A stretch of DNA of 41,494 nt from Nemertoderma westbladi (Eukaryota; Animalia; Xenacoelomorpha), in assembly GCA_032718475.1 (NCBI GenBank), contig JAUCBJ010007803.1:1-41494 (forward strand), written 5' to 3'. Positions 12,641 through 24,859 of the stretch are shown here, one piece after another. The notes below the pieces were generated by a model, which was not told where the DNA came from, made no database searches, and worked only from the letters and a program-made list of their open reading frames with translations. Both the position numbers and the translations under genes were made by a program. Numbering within the stretch: the stretch's first letter is position 1; every line of letters starts with the position of its first letter.

Positions 12641-13500
12641 TTGGTAGCTAAAATGCAATCTACATCAACATAATTTTTTCTCCATAATCAGTACGAAATA
12701 AATTAATCGCTTATTAAAATATAAATTTTAGAAACGAAATAATACATGTATTGTTTTCTTCTTATATATTAAGAAAATCAGAATTAAAGCATTTAACTAT
12801 ATTATCTCACTGTATTAATGTTACGAACATCATGTAGTCAATAATATACTATTAGGCACTACATACTGCGAAATTAAATAAATGTTTCTTCGGTTTAGTT
12901 AATTATTTATTTCAAGTTCATTGGTTATTTTGATTATTATCACAAATAGCAATAAAAATATTAAAATATTTAGTTAAAATTGGTAGCAAAATGAAATCTA
13001 CGTATTGTTTCCTCACATCAAAATCATATTGCCGAGTTAGTTACGAATACAAGGGTTTGAAGATTATGGCTGCCTGCCCATTGAACCCTTTCTATTTCTC
13101 AAGAATATTCCAGAACATTATTTGTTATCCAATCACATATTGTCTGACACGGCTGCACATTGTTTAATGTTTAACATTCGGTAGAGTTAATGATTGTGTA
13201 AACTCTACCTGAAATGTGCTCAATCACACTGGGGACCGGGTCGTGATTGGAGAAAAACTTAAACACACCAGTGAAATGTGTATGTTTGAGGACCCCAGTT
13301 CAACCTATGAGTAACAAATTAGCAATCTTTAGAGTTGATAAATTTTGAAACAATAGAATGACGTAAAATGGTCTCCTGAGTCTATTGGTGCCAAAATAAT
13401 TTAATTTAAACCAAGAATAAAGAAGTTATAAGGGAATCAATATCGACCCCAGAACCGACCGATAGAAATAACGGTCCCCAGAATGGGGGTTGTACAAAGA

Positions 13501-13523
13501 TGTGTGTGTGTGTGTGTGTGTGT
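13501..13523 (+). repeat. (TG)n microsatellite between E2 and E3a
   Basis: 23-nt pure TG run. Confidence 0.95.
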
Positions 13524-16500
13524 TTGTAGAACCCCTAAAGGTCTAACTACACAGCAGCTTTTTAGGCTAAAGTGCTAACTTTTTTAAAGTGCTAACTTAA
13601 AGTACTAACCAAACCTGCCAAATGAATTCTAAAGCCATGATTGGTCCAAATTTGCTTTCAGTTTGGCTGTTAGCACTTTAAAGTTTTTGCAAACTCGGAC
13701 ATGTGTATGTGTAAATTGCGATGCGCCCCCTAGCGTCTCATGTGTGCATCACTATATTGGCTGAATCCTCTGTAGTGCTAACTTTGTGTGTAAATGTTAG
13801 CAGTATAACATTTTGATAGTAAAGTTAATATAGTGCTAACTGCGCTGTGTAAATGTTAGTAGTATAATATTTTAAAAGTAAATTGAATATACTGTAGTGC
13901 TAACCTAGTATGAAAATGATGGCAGTCATGATGAACTAATTGATTGCTTTTTATGAGACGTAACAATCTCGTCGAGTTAGCACTTTATAATTTCTGCCAT
14001 CGCAAAATATTTATCACAAACACACTTTCCAATGTTTTGTAAATCAGACAACATAAAGTAAGGCAATGCTTTTTTTATTAACAATAAAATGTCTGGAGTT
14101 AGGACTTTATATGATTTCTGCGGTCGCAAAATATTAAAATCAAACACAAAATCCAATAATGGAATCATGAAAAAATGTTATATATATTTATTTAGTTATA
14201 AATATTATTATAGTTATAGGGGGGCCTACATATATATTATTATGGTTAGAGTTTTCACTTTTGATAACTTATATACCAAATAATTATATTAATTCAGCAA
14301 TAGGACTTGTGAGAGATACAGTAGTGCAGTAAGATCGTCGCGGCCTAAGTGATCTCTGCCGTAACGCCGTACGCTGCGGACCATTCTTCATTGCCCCCCC
14401 CCCCCCCCGCCCCGTCAAAGTTCCAAGTAAATCCATTTCAGAAATAAATATAAATAAATTTATCATATAGATTTATCCACAATAATTAAAAAGTGGGGTT
14501 AGCACTTTGGGAAATCTGGTGTCTAGAAATATTCAAAGCAAACACACTATCCAATAAGTTGTAGATCAGTTCAGACGGAAAATAAACTCAACCAATATTA
14601 ACAATGCAATGTCGTTGAGTTAGCACTTTATAAATTCTGTGGTCGCAAAATATTCAATTCAAACACACTTTCCAATGTTTTGTAAATCAGACAACATAAA
14701 GTAAGGCAATGCTTTTTTTTATTAACAACAAAATGTCTGGAGTTAGCACTTTATGATTTCTGCGGTCGCAAAATATTAAAATCAAACACAAAATCCAATA
14801 ATGGAATCATGAAAAAATGTTATACAAAGGCCATATCTAGATTTATGATATTTCACAATGACAATGTCAATGTTCAATGACAATGTTATTTCAATTTATT
14901 GTTTTGATTGGAATAACCAGCAATTGGCTATCCAACAGCGAAAACGCCATTTACATGGCTATGTTAGTGTTCGTGCTGTGGTCCCTTTCTGGCGCCTTTC
15001 TTCGAGTATTTTTCGTGCTAAAATTTTCAAACATTTTTATGGCTCACTAAAATTAATTTCTTTGCGGTAAATAGCGGTTTTTTTGGATGCTGATTATTAT
15101 TATAGAACTAATATAATATAACATTCGCGAAAATGTTTGGTAATTTTGAATGTGCCCCCTGGGGCACGAAAAAAACAATTGGTACAAATATGATAATGAA
15201 AAATCACGACAAAATCAAATTGATTTTAAGACCATATAGGTTTATTGGGATGCTGATCACGAATATGACACTCAAAAATATCGTATTATCTAACCATAAG
15301 TTCCATTTTTGCCGTTTGAAATTTTATGCTATTAGTATTTTTCGTCCCACCAGACAAGCACCAAAAACGATACAGTAGTTTCGTTACCACGAATGATTTA
15401 TAACGAGTGGTATCGTGATCAACGACCTCGAAAACCCTTTTACCATCAAAATTGTATAATTTTTGAGACAAAATCTAAGAAATTTATACAATTGTGTCAT
15501 ATTAAAGTGCTAACGCGAATACATTGCATTGTTAACAAATACATATTGCTTTACTTTATATGTTGGCTGATCGATAACATATTGGATAGTGTGTTTGTTT
15601 TGAATATTTCGCGATAGCAGAATTTATAAAGTGCTAACTCGAAAACTTGCTTTTTGGAAATTACATTGCTTGTTTCTTTATATGATGCATATTATTTTAT
15701 TTAGCAATTAATTTAGTGAGCAAACACCTAAAAATTTTTCACTTTCAATGTATTTAACTCTTTCTTAAGTAGTGGAAAGGTTATAAGTAGGCTTTTATAA
15801 CGATAACATTCACCTATTGAGTAATTTGAATCTGCGAACAACTCAAGAGAGATTGTAGGACTGTTTTGCTGACATGTTATCTCCAATCGGATTAAAACCG
15901 ATAAAACCGAATCGTTTATAAATAATATAATAATAAGGTGTTTTATAAAAATGAAAAATTGTGGACTGACTTTTCTAAGATATGAACCAGCGCAGCCTAA
16001 ATGCCTTATGATTACATAATTTTGCTACAGTTATTACATTATCAGCTCAACTCCAATTTATTTATTTACTAAGACCCCGGCAGCAGTGAAATCGAGCTTA
16101 CAGTAATACGTATTACTGCATGTGTAACGTAATTCCCCCCGCTTCACTTTAACATAGCCCCTTACTAGAATCATGTAGGACCTCTGGTAGAGATATGAGA
16201 TATAATTTTAAAAAATATTTTAATTTTATACAGTTCCATTATCAGGTCAACTCAAATTAATAAAAAAAATAGTTTTTGAAATTAAAATTTACTGTTGTAA
16301 ATGCTGCAAAAGCATCTTTAACCACAGCCTAAGGAAATGTAATTACTAAATGGGAACCATAGACATGATTGTGCTACTGGTGGCTAAATTGAATGCTTAA
16401 TTGCAACATATGTAAGACAATCAATGTATTACCATAAAACATTGTCTTCGAGTTAGCACTTTACAATTTTTGCTGTCGCGAAATATTCAAAGCAAACACA

Positions 16501-18348
16501 TTATCCAATATGTTGTATGTAGATCAGATCCGACGCCAAATAGGCCTAAACTCAACCAATGTATTTTATTAACAATGCAATGTCGTGGAGTTAGCACTTT
16601 ATAAGTTCTGTGGTCGCAAAATATTCAATTCAAACACAAATTCCAATAATGGTATCTTGCAATGAATTATCTTGTATGAAAAGTTAAATCACACCACCAA
16701 AACTACGATATTTATATTTGTGCCGGAACAAAATCGTGTCATCATAACCCTACAGAACATAGTGGGTGTAAACGCTACGCCGACTGCCGACAACCTATAC
16801 CTGGAACCGTTTATAAGATAATAATTTAAACTATAACCTATGTCGCTATGTGATCTCGCTCGACTGATATGTTTTGTTTTATTTGTAATAATCAGCAAAA
16901 TCATACACAGCAACTGTAAGCTGACCCTTTCCATCAATTGACAATGTTGGTGTCAGTAGGCCTACCCCTACAGCGTTATTTACACCCGCAGAATAAATAT
17001 TATTATGGGTAAAGTTTACACCTTTGATAACTAATACGTATTCCAAATAATTATATTAATTCAGTAATATGACTTTTGAGAGATACTGTAGTAAGATCGT
17101 CGTGGCATAAGTGATCTCTGCCGTAACGCCGTACGCCGCGGACCATTCCTCATTGCCCCCCCCCCCCCCCCATCCCAGTCAAAGTTCCAAGTAAATCTAT
17201 TTCAGAAATTATATAAATAAATTTATCATATAGATTTCTCCACCATAATTAAAAAGTGGGGTTAGCACTTTGGGAAATCTGGTGTCTAGAAATATTCAAA
17301 GCAAACACACTATCCAGTTGTAGATCAGTTCAAACGGCAACGGCAAATAAACTCTAGCAATGTAATGTCGTTGTGTTAGCACTTTATAAATTCTGCTGTC
17401 GCGAAATATTCATAGCAAACACATTATCCAATATGATGTAGATCAGTTCAGACGGAATATAAACTCAAGCAATGTATTTTATTAACAATGCATGTCGTTG
17501 AGTTAGCACTTTATAAGTTCTGTGGTCGCAAAATATTCAATTCAAACACAAATTCCAATAATGATATCTTGCAATGAATTATCTTGTATGCAAAGATAAT
17601 TTTAGATATAAGTTATATCACACCACAAAAACTACGATTTTATATTTGTGAACAAAATTGTGTCCTCATCTACCTGCAGTACAAAGTGGGTGTAAACGCT
17701 ACGCCGACTGCCGACAACCTATTCCTGGAAGCGTTTTTAATTTAAGTTAAATAATATTAAATATCTATGTGATCTCGACTGACATTTTTAATTGGAATAT
17801 TCAGCAAAATCATCCGCATCAAATGTAACCTGGGACCCTTTCCATCAATTGACAATTTTGGTGTCAGTAGGTCTACAGCGTTATTTACACCCGCAGAATA
17901 TATATTATATATATATATTATTATGGCTAAAGTTTACACCTTTGATAACTTACGCAATAGAATACCAAATTATTTTACTAATTCAGTAATAGGACTTTTG
18001 ATACGCCGCTGACCATTTCTCATTGGCTCGCGCACCCTCCGACCCCCCCCCCCCCCCCCCGCTCCCCCAACCCCACCCCCGCCAAACTTCCAAGTAAATG
18101 CATTTCAGAAATTAGTTTATCATACAGCCTTCTCCACAATAATTATAAAGTGGGGTTAGCACTTTGGGAAATCTGGTGTCTAGAAATATTCAAAACTAAC
18201 ACACTATCTAATATGATGGAGAGACGCCCCCTATCTGGTTGCTGCGACATTGATGTGTAAAATAGTTAGTACAATAATGTATTTGCCGGCACCTCAAAGT
18301 TTAAGAAAAGTTAGGACTATACTGAGGAAAATTGGCGTTAGCAGTTTA
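13524..18348 (+). mobile_element. E3a: (TG)n-flanked non-autonomous element (GTGCTAAC group), right terminus clipped
   Basis: The first ~85 nt align without gaps to the E4 left end with the same GTGCTAAC spacing. GTTAG(G/C) motifs at 18310 and 18337 have the 27-nt spacing seen at the E4 right end. Confidence 0.6.
13975..18220. repeat. Complex internal repeats of E3a built from ~125-bp GTTAGCACTTT-headed units and larger duplications
   Basis: 13975-14180 ~ 14617-14822; 14240-14680 ~ 17005-17550 and partly 17920-18215; 16450-17000 ~ 17375-17900. Inverted units at ~15500-15645. Coordinates approximate. Confidence 0.8.
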
Positions 18349-19199
18349 TAACTTTGCAAGCTCTTTTTCCGCTATTGTGCTAACTTTTCCAAAGTGCTAA
18401 CTCAAAGTGCTAACTCGTGGTCCTTGCAATCTGAAACTTTGTCAAAACGTTTTTTAGACCATTTCCCACAAGTTAGCATTTTACCACTTTTGCAGTCCAG
18501 TGTGTCATGTGTATGAAAAACTTGGCCCCCCTTAGCGGCATTATGGGAACTGGTACTTTTCAAACACACTTAAACACTCAAGAGTATGGAATGGCCATAA
18601 TGCTAACTTACAAACACACTTCTTACACTTACATTCCATTTGTACCAACTACCAAGTGCTAAATGATTATAAGACCGCAAATACCCTAATACGCTAACTC
18701 GCTGAATGTTAATTGCAAATACCCCTCCGTTTCGCGAATAGCCAATTGCACACTTATTACCTAATAATAAAAGCGTTTGCACAAACTCCGGGAGCGCTAA
18801 AGTCTTAACTTATTACTTTTAGATAGTCTTTGAAAGTACTCTATACAAAGTCCTAACCCGATAACTGTGTATTGTCATGGAAACGTAATGGTTTCTTACC
18901 TGGACATCCATACAATGTATTTCAATTTATTGCACAGGCGACATATTATTATGTAGTGAGTGATTGCCGTGGAATGGAAATACCTAGATATATTGACAAT
19001 CGTTATTTCAAAATTCATCCGGTCTAATTGTTGAGATACCCCAAATTGAGGTTCTAAATTTGTGAAAATATTAGTGAAACAATTTTATGTTTAAAGAGAA
19101 AACTCTATTTGTTTTATATGTTGAGTAATGCGTAATTTTATTCCACAAAGTTGCCTTTTCTTTTATAGCAGGTAAATTGCAATAATTAGTGCATTATAG

Positions 19200-22088
19200 A
19201 ACGCACGCACGCTGAAAGCACAGAGCAAACAGGGTGACATGGTCGCTCTGGCAATGGAATATAACATCGACATCATCTGCATCCAAGAACATCGTATTTG
19301 TCATGAAGACATTGCCATGAAGTACAATGACATTGGAAATGGATGGACGTTAGTAACAAGCTCAGCAGTAAGAAACTCGGCCAATGCATCAATTGGTGGA
19401 GTAAGAATTCTGCTAAGCCCATTTGCACTTAAGACCCTAAACAACATCGAATCTATAAATTCCAGGGTTATGATCGCAACATTTGATGGGAATCCCAAGA
19501 CAACAGTTATATGTTGCTACAGTCCAACCAATGCATCAGAGCCAGAACTAGCAGTCAAGTTTTATGAAGAACTGACTGGACTTATTAAGGACATCCCGAA
19601 ACACAATGTTAAAGTCATTGCTGGTGACCTGAATGCGCAAATTGGCATCAAGGCGTCAGAAGACATCAAGGGTTACACCTATAACACCAGTTCTAACAGA
19701 AATGGGTACTTACTTTTAGACCTAATGGAAGAATGTGAATTGATACCAACAAACAACACATTTGAAAAGAGTAAGGGGAAGCTATGGACCTTTCAATACC
19801 CTAATGGAACCAAAGCACAACTGGATTACATCCTTATAAACAAAAAGTGGAGAAACAGCATGATCAACTGCGAGGCATACAGCTCGTTCAACCTAATTGG
19901 TTCGGACCACAGAATTGTGACTGCAGAGATCAGACTCAGTTTGAGAGCCAGCAAACCCAGGACAAGCAAGCAAATCAACTATGACTGGGAGAAACTCAGA
20001 ACTGACAATGCTGTAAAGGATGCTTATACAGTAGAAGTTCAAAACCGCTTTGAAGCACTTCAGTCAATGGATGAAGACCAATCCACCGATTCAATATACA
20101 AGAATATAATAACAGCCCACAAGGAATCAGCTAAGAGGCATATCCCCCAGAAACCTAAACGAAAACAGTATGTGCCATGGCAAAACTCTGAGGTTACTTG
20201 TAAGAGAGAAGATCTTAAGATAGCCTACAAAGTTAAAACCGAACAACCAACAACCGAAAACATTAACAAGGTTGAGAAAGCTAAGGACGATCTTAAATTA
20301 GCCTACAACATCAGCCAGGAAAAGTACATACAGGATAAAACTGAAGCAATTACAACTGCTCACATACAGCAACAATCAAGACTTACCTGGCAAACTGTAA
20401 ATGAGGTATCTGGTCGGAAAAGTTGTGCAAAGGGGCGCCTCAAAGCCGATAGTCCTGAAGAACGTGTTGGGAAGTGGAAAAATCACTTCAGCAACTTGCT
20501 TGGGAAGCCACCAAACATCGAGGTCAGCCTTACAAGGAAAATATATGACAAGACACTACCTATAGAAACAGGGGACTTCACACCTGCCGAACTCCAAAGA
20601 AGCATTAAAAGCATGTCCAATAATAAAGCGAGTGGATTAGATGAAATCCCAGCGGAGGTATGGAAAACCGGAGTGCTAAACAGACCATTATTGAATGTTT
20701 GCAACCGGATGTTAAAAGGGGAAAAGCCACCACCAATTTGGACTAAAGGTCAACTAAAGCCTCTCCCCAAGAAAGGAGACCTCGGCATACCAACAAACTA
20801 TCGTGGGATCTGTCTGCTTGTGGTAGCTGCCAAAATATACAATAAAATGATTCTATATAGGACTAGGCCTCACATAGAGAAACTACTGCGTAAGAGCCAA
20901 AACGGATTTCGACCAAGTAGATCAACAATAGCTCAGATACTTGCACTACGGAGACTGATTGAAAGAATTAAGTCAAAGAATCTCCCCGCAGCCATGACTT
21001 TTGTGGACTTCAAGAAGGCATTCGACTCCATCCATAGAGGTAAAATGCTTGAAATCCTAAGAGCTTATGGAATACCAGAAGTAATTGTTGCTGGCATTGG
21101 ATTGTTATATTGTGACACAGAAGCGCAGGTACTCTCACCAGATGGTGAAACTGAGTTTTTCTCAATCCTGGCTGGCGTACTGCAAGGTGACACATTAGCA
21201 CCATTACTATTTGTAATTGTGCTGGATTACGCAATGAGGACGGCCACAAAGGGTGAAGATCTGGGATTCACACTTCAAGAACGCAGAAGTAGTAGATATC
21301 CGGCAACTACAGTCACAAACACAAACTTTGCGGATGACATCGCCCTGCTCTCTAATACGCTAGCAGATGCACAGCTTCTACTAAATAAAGTGGAGAGGGC
21401 TGCTAAGGTGGTTGGATTGCATATAAATGCTACCAAGACCGAATTCATGACCTTTAATGTTGATGGAAACTTGACAACCATTGATAATAATCAACTAAGG
21501 AAGGTCGATGACTTCCAGTACCTTGGATCATGGATAGAGAGTAGCAAAAAGGACATAGAAGTTAGGAAAGCAAAGGCTTGGGTAGCTCTATCAAAAATGG
21601 ATACCATCTGGAAATCAGATCTCTCCAGGCACCTGAAGACTAAGTTCGTTCGAGCCACAGTGGAAAGTGTATTTTTATACGGGGGTGAGACCTGGACACT
21701 GACTAAATCACTTGAACAACGAATTGATGGTTGCTACACAAGACTACTAAGGGCAGCCCTAAACATCAGCTGGAGACAACACATGACAAACGCCGAGCTT
21801 TATGGTACAATACCACCTGTATCAACCACCCTCCGTGAACGCATATTAAGATTCAATGGGCACTGCTGGCGAAGTAAAGACGAGGTCATACCAGATCTAC
21901 TTTTCTGGCAACCGACTCATGGAAAGCAAAGTCGTGGACGACCGGCCATAACAGATATAGATCAACTTGAAAGGGATACTGAACTTGGGAGAAACGAAAT
22001 TGCGACAACTATGGAGAATCGGGAAGCCTGGAAGGATCTCATTTCCACTGTCCGAGTTCGCTCGACCTAGTAGTAGTAGTAGTAGTAG
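19200..22088 (+). mobile_element. RTE-B: young RTE-clade non-LTR retrotransposon, slightly 5'-truncated, (TAG)7 tail
   Basis: Begins at NARTLK (within APE motif I) immediately after host homology ends; ends in (TAG)7 at 22068-22088; no conventional long TSD. Confidence 0.92.
19239..22070 (+). CDS. Apurinic-type endonuclease plus reverse transcriptase of RTE-B (943 aa, uninterrupted)
   Basis: APE motifs DIICIQE, YSPT, GDLNA, LDYIL, SDH; RT motifs PKKGD, NYRGI, QNGFR, FVDFKKAFDS, GVLQGDTLAP, FADD, YLGS. The true N-terminus is probably lost. Confidence 0.95.
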   Translation: MVALAMEYNIDIICIQEHRICHEDIAMKYNDIGNGWTLVTSSAVRNSANASIGGVRILLSPFALKTLNNIESINSRVMIATFDGNPKTTVICCYSPTNASEPELAVKFYEELTGLIKDIPKHNVKVIAGDLNAQIGIKASEDIKGYTYNTSSNRNGYLLLDLMEECELIPTNNTFEKSKGKLWTFQYPNGTKAQLDYILINKKWRNSMINCEAYSSFNLIGSDHRIVTAEIRLSLRASKPRTSKQINYDWEKLRTDNAVKDAYTVEVQNRFEALQSMDEDQSTDSIYKNIITAHKESAKRHIPQKPKRKQYVPWQNSEVTCKREDLKIAYKVKTEQPTTENINKVEKAKDDLKLAYNISQEKYIQDKTEAITTAHIQQQSRLTWQTVNEVSGRKSCAKGRLKADSPEERVGKWKNHFSNLLGKPPNIEVSLTRKIYDKTLPIETGDFTPAELQRSIKSMSNNKASGLDEIPAEVWKTGVLNRPLLNVCNRMLKGEKPPPIWTKGQLKPLPKKGDLGIPTNYRGICLLVVAAKIYNKMILYRTRPHIEKLLRKSQNGFRPSRSTIAQILALRRLIERIKSKNLPAAMTFVDFKKAFDSIHRGKMLEILRAYGIPEVIVAGIGLLYCDTEAQVLSPDGETEFFSILAGVLQGDTLAPLLFVIVLDYAMRTATKGEDLGFTLQERRSSRYPATTVTNTNFADDIALLSNTLADAQLLLNKVERAAKVVGLHINATKTEFMTFNVDGNLTTIDNNQLRKVDDFQYLGSWIESSKKDIEVRKAKAWVALSKMDTIWKSDLSRHLKTKFVRATVESVFLYGGETWTLTKSLEQRIDGCYTRLLRAALNISWRQHMTNAELYGTIPPVSTTLRERILRFNGHCWRSKDEVIPDLLFWQPTHGKQSRGRPAITDIDQLERDTELGRNEIATTMENREAWKDLISTVRVRST

Positions 22089-22405
22089 AACATAGTCAAC
22101 CACAATTATGGACAAGAATGGTGCAAGTGTGTCTCCCTGGAGGACGTCCCATTACACTTCAAATGATTCTCTGTCACCGTCAACAGTAGAGACAAATGTA
22201 GTCGAACCATCGTATACTGATCTGATTGCTGCAATAATTTCATCAGGAATCCCATATAATGAAAGTATGCTGAACATACGTGAGAGAGAGACTGAATCAA
22301 AGGCCTTGAAGAAGTCAACAAAGATAACAGCCAGATGCCTATCTTTCTTTTTTGATGACTCTTCAATTATCCTTCGGGTATCCTATGGGCTCCATGGTCC
22401 CACGA
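22086..22405 (-). pseudogene. RTE-A3: minus-strand RT fragment, duplicate of the 5' part of RTE-A2
   Basis: Reverse complement matches 6753-7048 plus 10095-10120 and is near-identical to 27550-27867. Confidence 0.9.
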
Positions 22406-22802
22406 ATGCCGAATTGGCCAAATGCCAAAATAAGGATCACGAGACGAATTACAGAAATGCTGAAATGTTTGATCCTGTTTAAACACTTAGTTAGTAGGCC
22501 TACAACATGAATAAACCATGCAGTTAGGTGTATAGTAATACTGTTCGGGTTTGCAATTAGCACAACATTAATTTGACCATGCAGTTAGGTGTATAATAAT
22601 ACTGTTCAGGTTTGCAGTTAGCACAACATTAATAGACAATGCAGTTAGGGCTATGGTATATGTGTAGTCTTTACCACCCTTGTACTCTAGCGACCTTCCA
22701 GAGAATTTGTTAGTTAGGTGTATAGTTGATTTGCATGCGTCTGGAACAGTTAGCACTTTGGACGAAAAAGAGCACGTTAGCGTTTCGAGTGGTTTGCCGG
22801 TA

Positions 22803-22853
22803 TACGTGTAGGTGTTTATATGTAGGTGTTTATATGTAGGTGTTTATATGTGT
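22803..22853 (+). repeat. Degenerate TG-rich linker, (TAGGTGTTTATATG)3, between E3b and E4
   Basis: Three exact 14-bp units at 22809-22850 followed by TGT. Confidence 0.85.
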
Positions 22854-24859
22854 TGGCAAATATACCAAAGGGCTAACTTTGTAAGCTCTTTTTCCGCTAT
22901 TGTGCTAACTTTTCCAAAGTGCTAACTCAAAGTGCTAACTCGTGGTCCTTGCAATCTGAAACTTTGTCAAAACGTTTTTTAGACCATTTCCCACAAGTTA
23001 GCATTTTACCAGTTTTGCAGTCCAGTGTGTCATGTGTATGAAAAACTTGGCCCCCCTTAGCGGCATTATGGGAACTGGTACTTTTCAAACACACTTAAAC
23101 ACTCAAGAGTATGGAATAGCCATAATGCTAACTTACAAACACACTTCTTACACTTACATTCCATTTGTACCAACTACCAAGTGCTAAATGATTATAAGAC
23201 CGCAAATACCCTAATACGCTAACTCGCTGAATGTTAATTGCGAATACCCCTCCGTTTCGCGAATAGCCATATTGTACACGTATAACCTAATAATAAAAGC
23301 GTTTTGCACAAACTGCGGGAGCGCTAAAGTCTTAACTTATTACTTTTAGATAGTCTTTGAAAGTACTCTATACAAAGTCCTAACCCGATAACTGTGTATT
23401 GTCATGGAAACGTAATGGTTTCTTACCTGGACATCCATACAATGTATTTCAATTTATTGCACAGGCGACATATTATTATGTAGTGAGTGATTGCCGTGAA
23501 ATGGAAATACCTAGATATATTGACAATCGTTATTTCAAAATTCATCCGGTCTAAATGTTGAGATACCACAAATTGAGGTTCTAAATTTGTGAAAATATTA
23601 GTGAAACAATTTTAGGGTTAAAGAGAAAACTCTATTTGTTTTTATGTAGAGTAATGCGTAATTTTATTCCACAAAGTTGCCTTTTCTTTTATAGCAGGTA
23701 AATTGCAATAATTAGTGCATTATAGGCGTACCTAAACGTGCGCTATTTTTATGAAAATTAATAACTTCTCGATGTGGTGATATCCTCGTAACGCAGCTAA
23801 GTAATACTCTCTAACTTAGTAACAATAAACTTCTATAACAAATATTGATAGTATTTCCCATTACTGATAACCATTGATTGTAGGCGAAGTGTAAGTTTAG
23901 TTGATGTACCAACTGCAATTAATTGCATAAAAAGGATATGAATTTCATTAATATTCCTAAACATTACAATAATAACGCTAATAATTAAGCATTTAGAACG
24001 CCCTTAAATTGACATAATTTAACAAAATGGCACCATTTTGTGAAAAGGGCACTGTCAACGTTTATGAATGAATGACCCTTGTATATTTATGGAAACATCC
24101 CTCGCCACCCTCGCTCGGTACATAAATACTGCTTATGTTAAACCTTTCACACAATCATGTAAAATAGTTATAGTTTCACTTTTATCAATTTACAATATTT
24201 GCAGGAAAAATAATACAATTCAATCATTATTCGTGTAACACATCAGTTATAAATCGGTAAAATATGAAAGTTCCTTTACATAAATCATTACGTCGGTTTT
24301 TCTGAATTTTATTGTCTGCTATATTTTAATTTTTTTACCTATTATCAATAATGTTTTTTACTTTCTCTCGTGTTATTTTAATTTTCGTTGGTTAGTCAAT
24401 CACACTTATATTCAATTTGTACTAAGTGCTAAATGATTGTAAGACCGAAAATATTGATTGCGAATACCCCTCAGTTTCGCAAATAACCAATTTCACATCG
24501 AACACAAAAATAAAACCGTTTGCATAAACTCCGGGAGCGCTAAAGTCCTAACATAAGCTTTCTTTTGAAAGTACTTTATACAAAGTCCTAACCCGATAAT
24601 TTTGTATTGTCATGGAAACCTAATGGTTTCTTACCTGGACATTGACAACTAGTCTAATGAAACATAGGCAAACCGAAATTTATTCCCAGACTGAAACGAA
24701 CAAGAATGGTGAAATGGAGAACTTACACATAGATAGACACGAAGTGGGGCCTTCGCGCAGCACGTGACTTAAATTTAATTTAAGTACTAATTCGAAAGTA
24801 TTACTGTATTAGCAAATTTTAAGCAGATTTCGCCTAATCACTTTTTACCTCTTTCATTT

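Larger units (their letters stand above)
4061..13500 (+). mobile_element. E2: (TG)n-flanked composite non-autonomous element (GGGGAC group) carrying nested insertions
   Basis: TG runs on both sides. GGGGAC cluster at the left end (4080, ~4112, ~4131); inverted GACCCC/GTCCCC at 13445 and 13474, the latter ending 21 nt before TG. No classical TIR. Confidence 0.6.
18349..22802 (+). mobile_element. E3b: second copy of element E4, left end clipped, middle replaced by RTE-B
   Basis: 18349-19199 is near-identical to 22874-23725; 22086-22802 is near-identical to 27550-28331 apart from one fewer ~60-bp repeat. Confidence 0.85.

Noticed and set aside
14828-15483. DNA transposon with 8-bp TSD TTATACAA
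   Set aside because: The octamer occurs at 14820 and 15484, but the TIR match is poor and the region is AT-rich; possibly an insertion, boundaries unsupported.
7040-22115. Insertion hotspot in the RTE-A RT (A1 and A3 are both broken within ~30 nt around LAPFLFIIVVDYVL)
   Set aside because: Only two events, by different elements on different strands; compatible with chance.
19301-22115. Antisense ORFs within RTE-B and the RTE-A copies
   Set aside because: Short shadow ORFs opposite real RT coding sequence, with no recognisable motifs.
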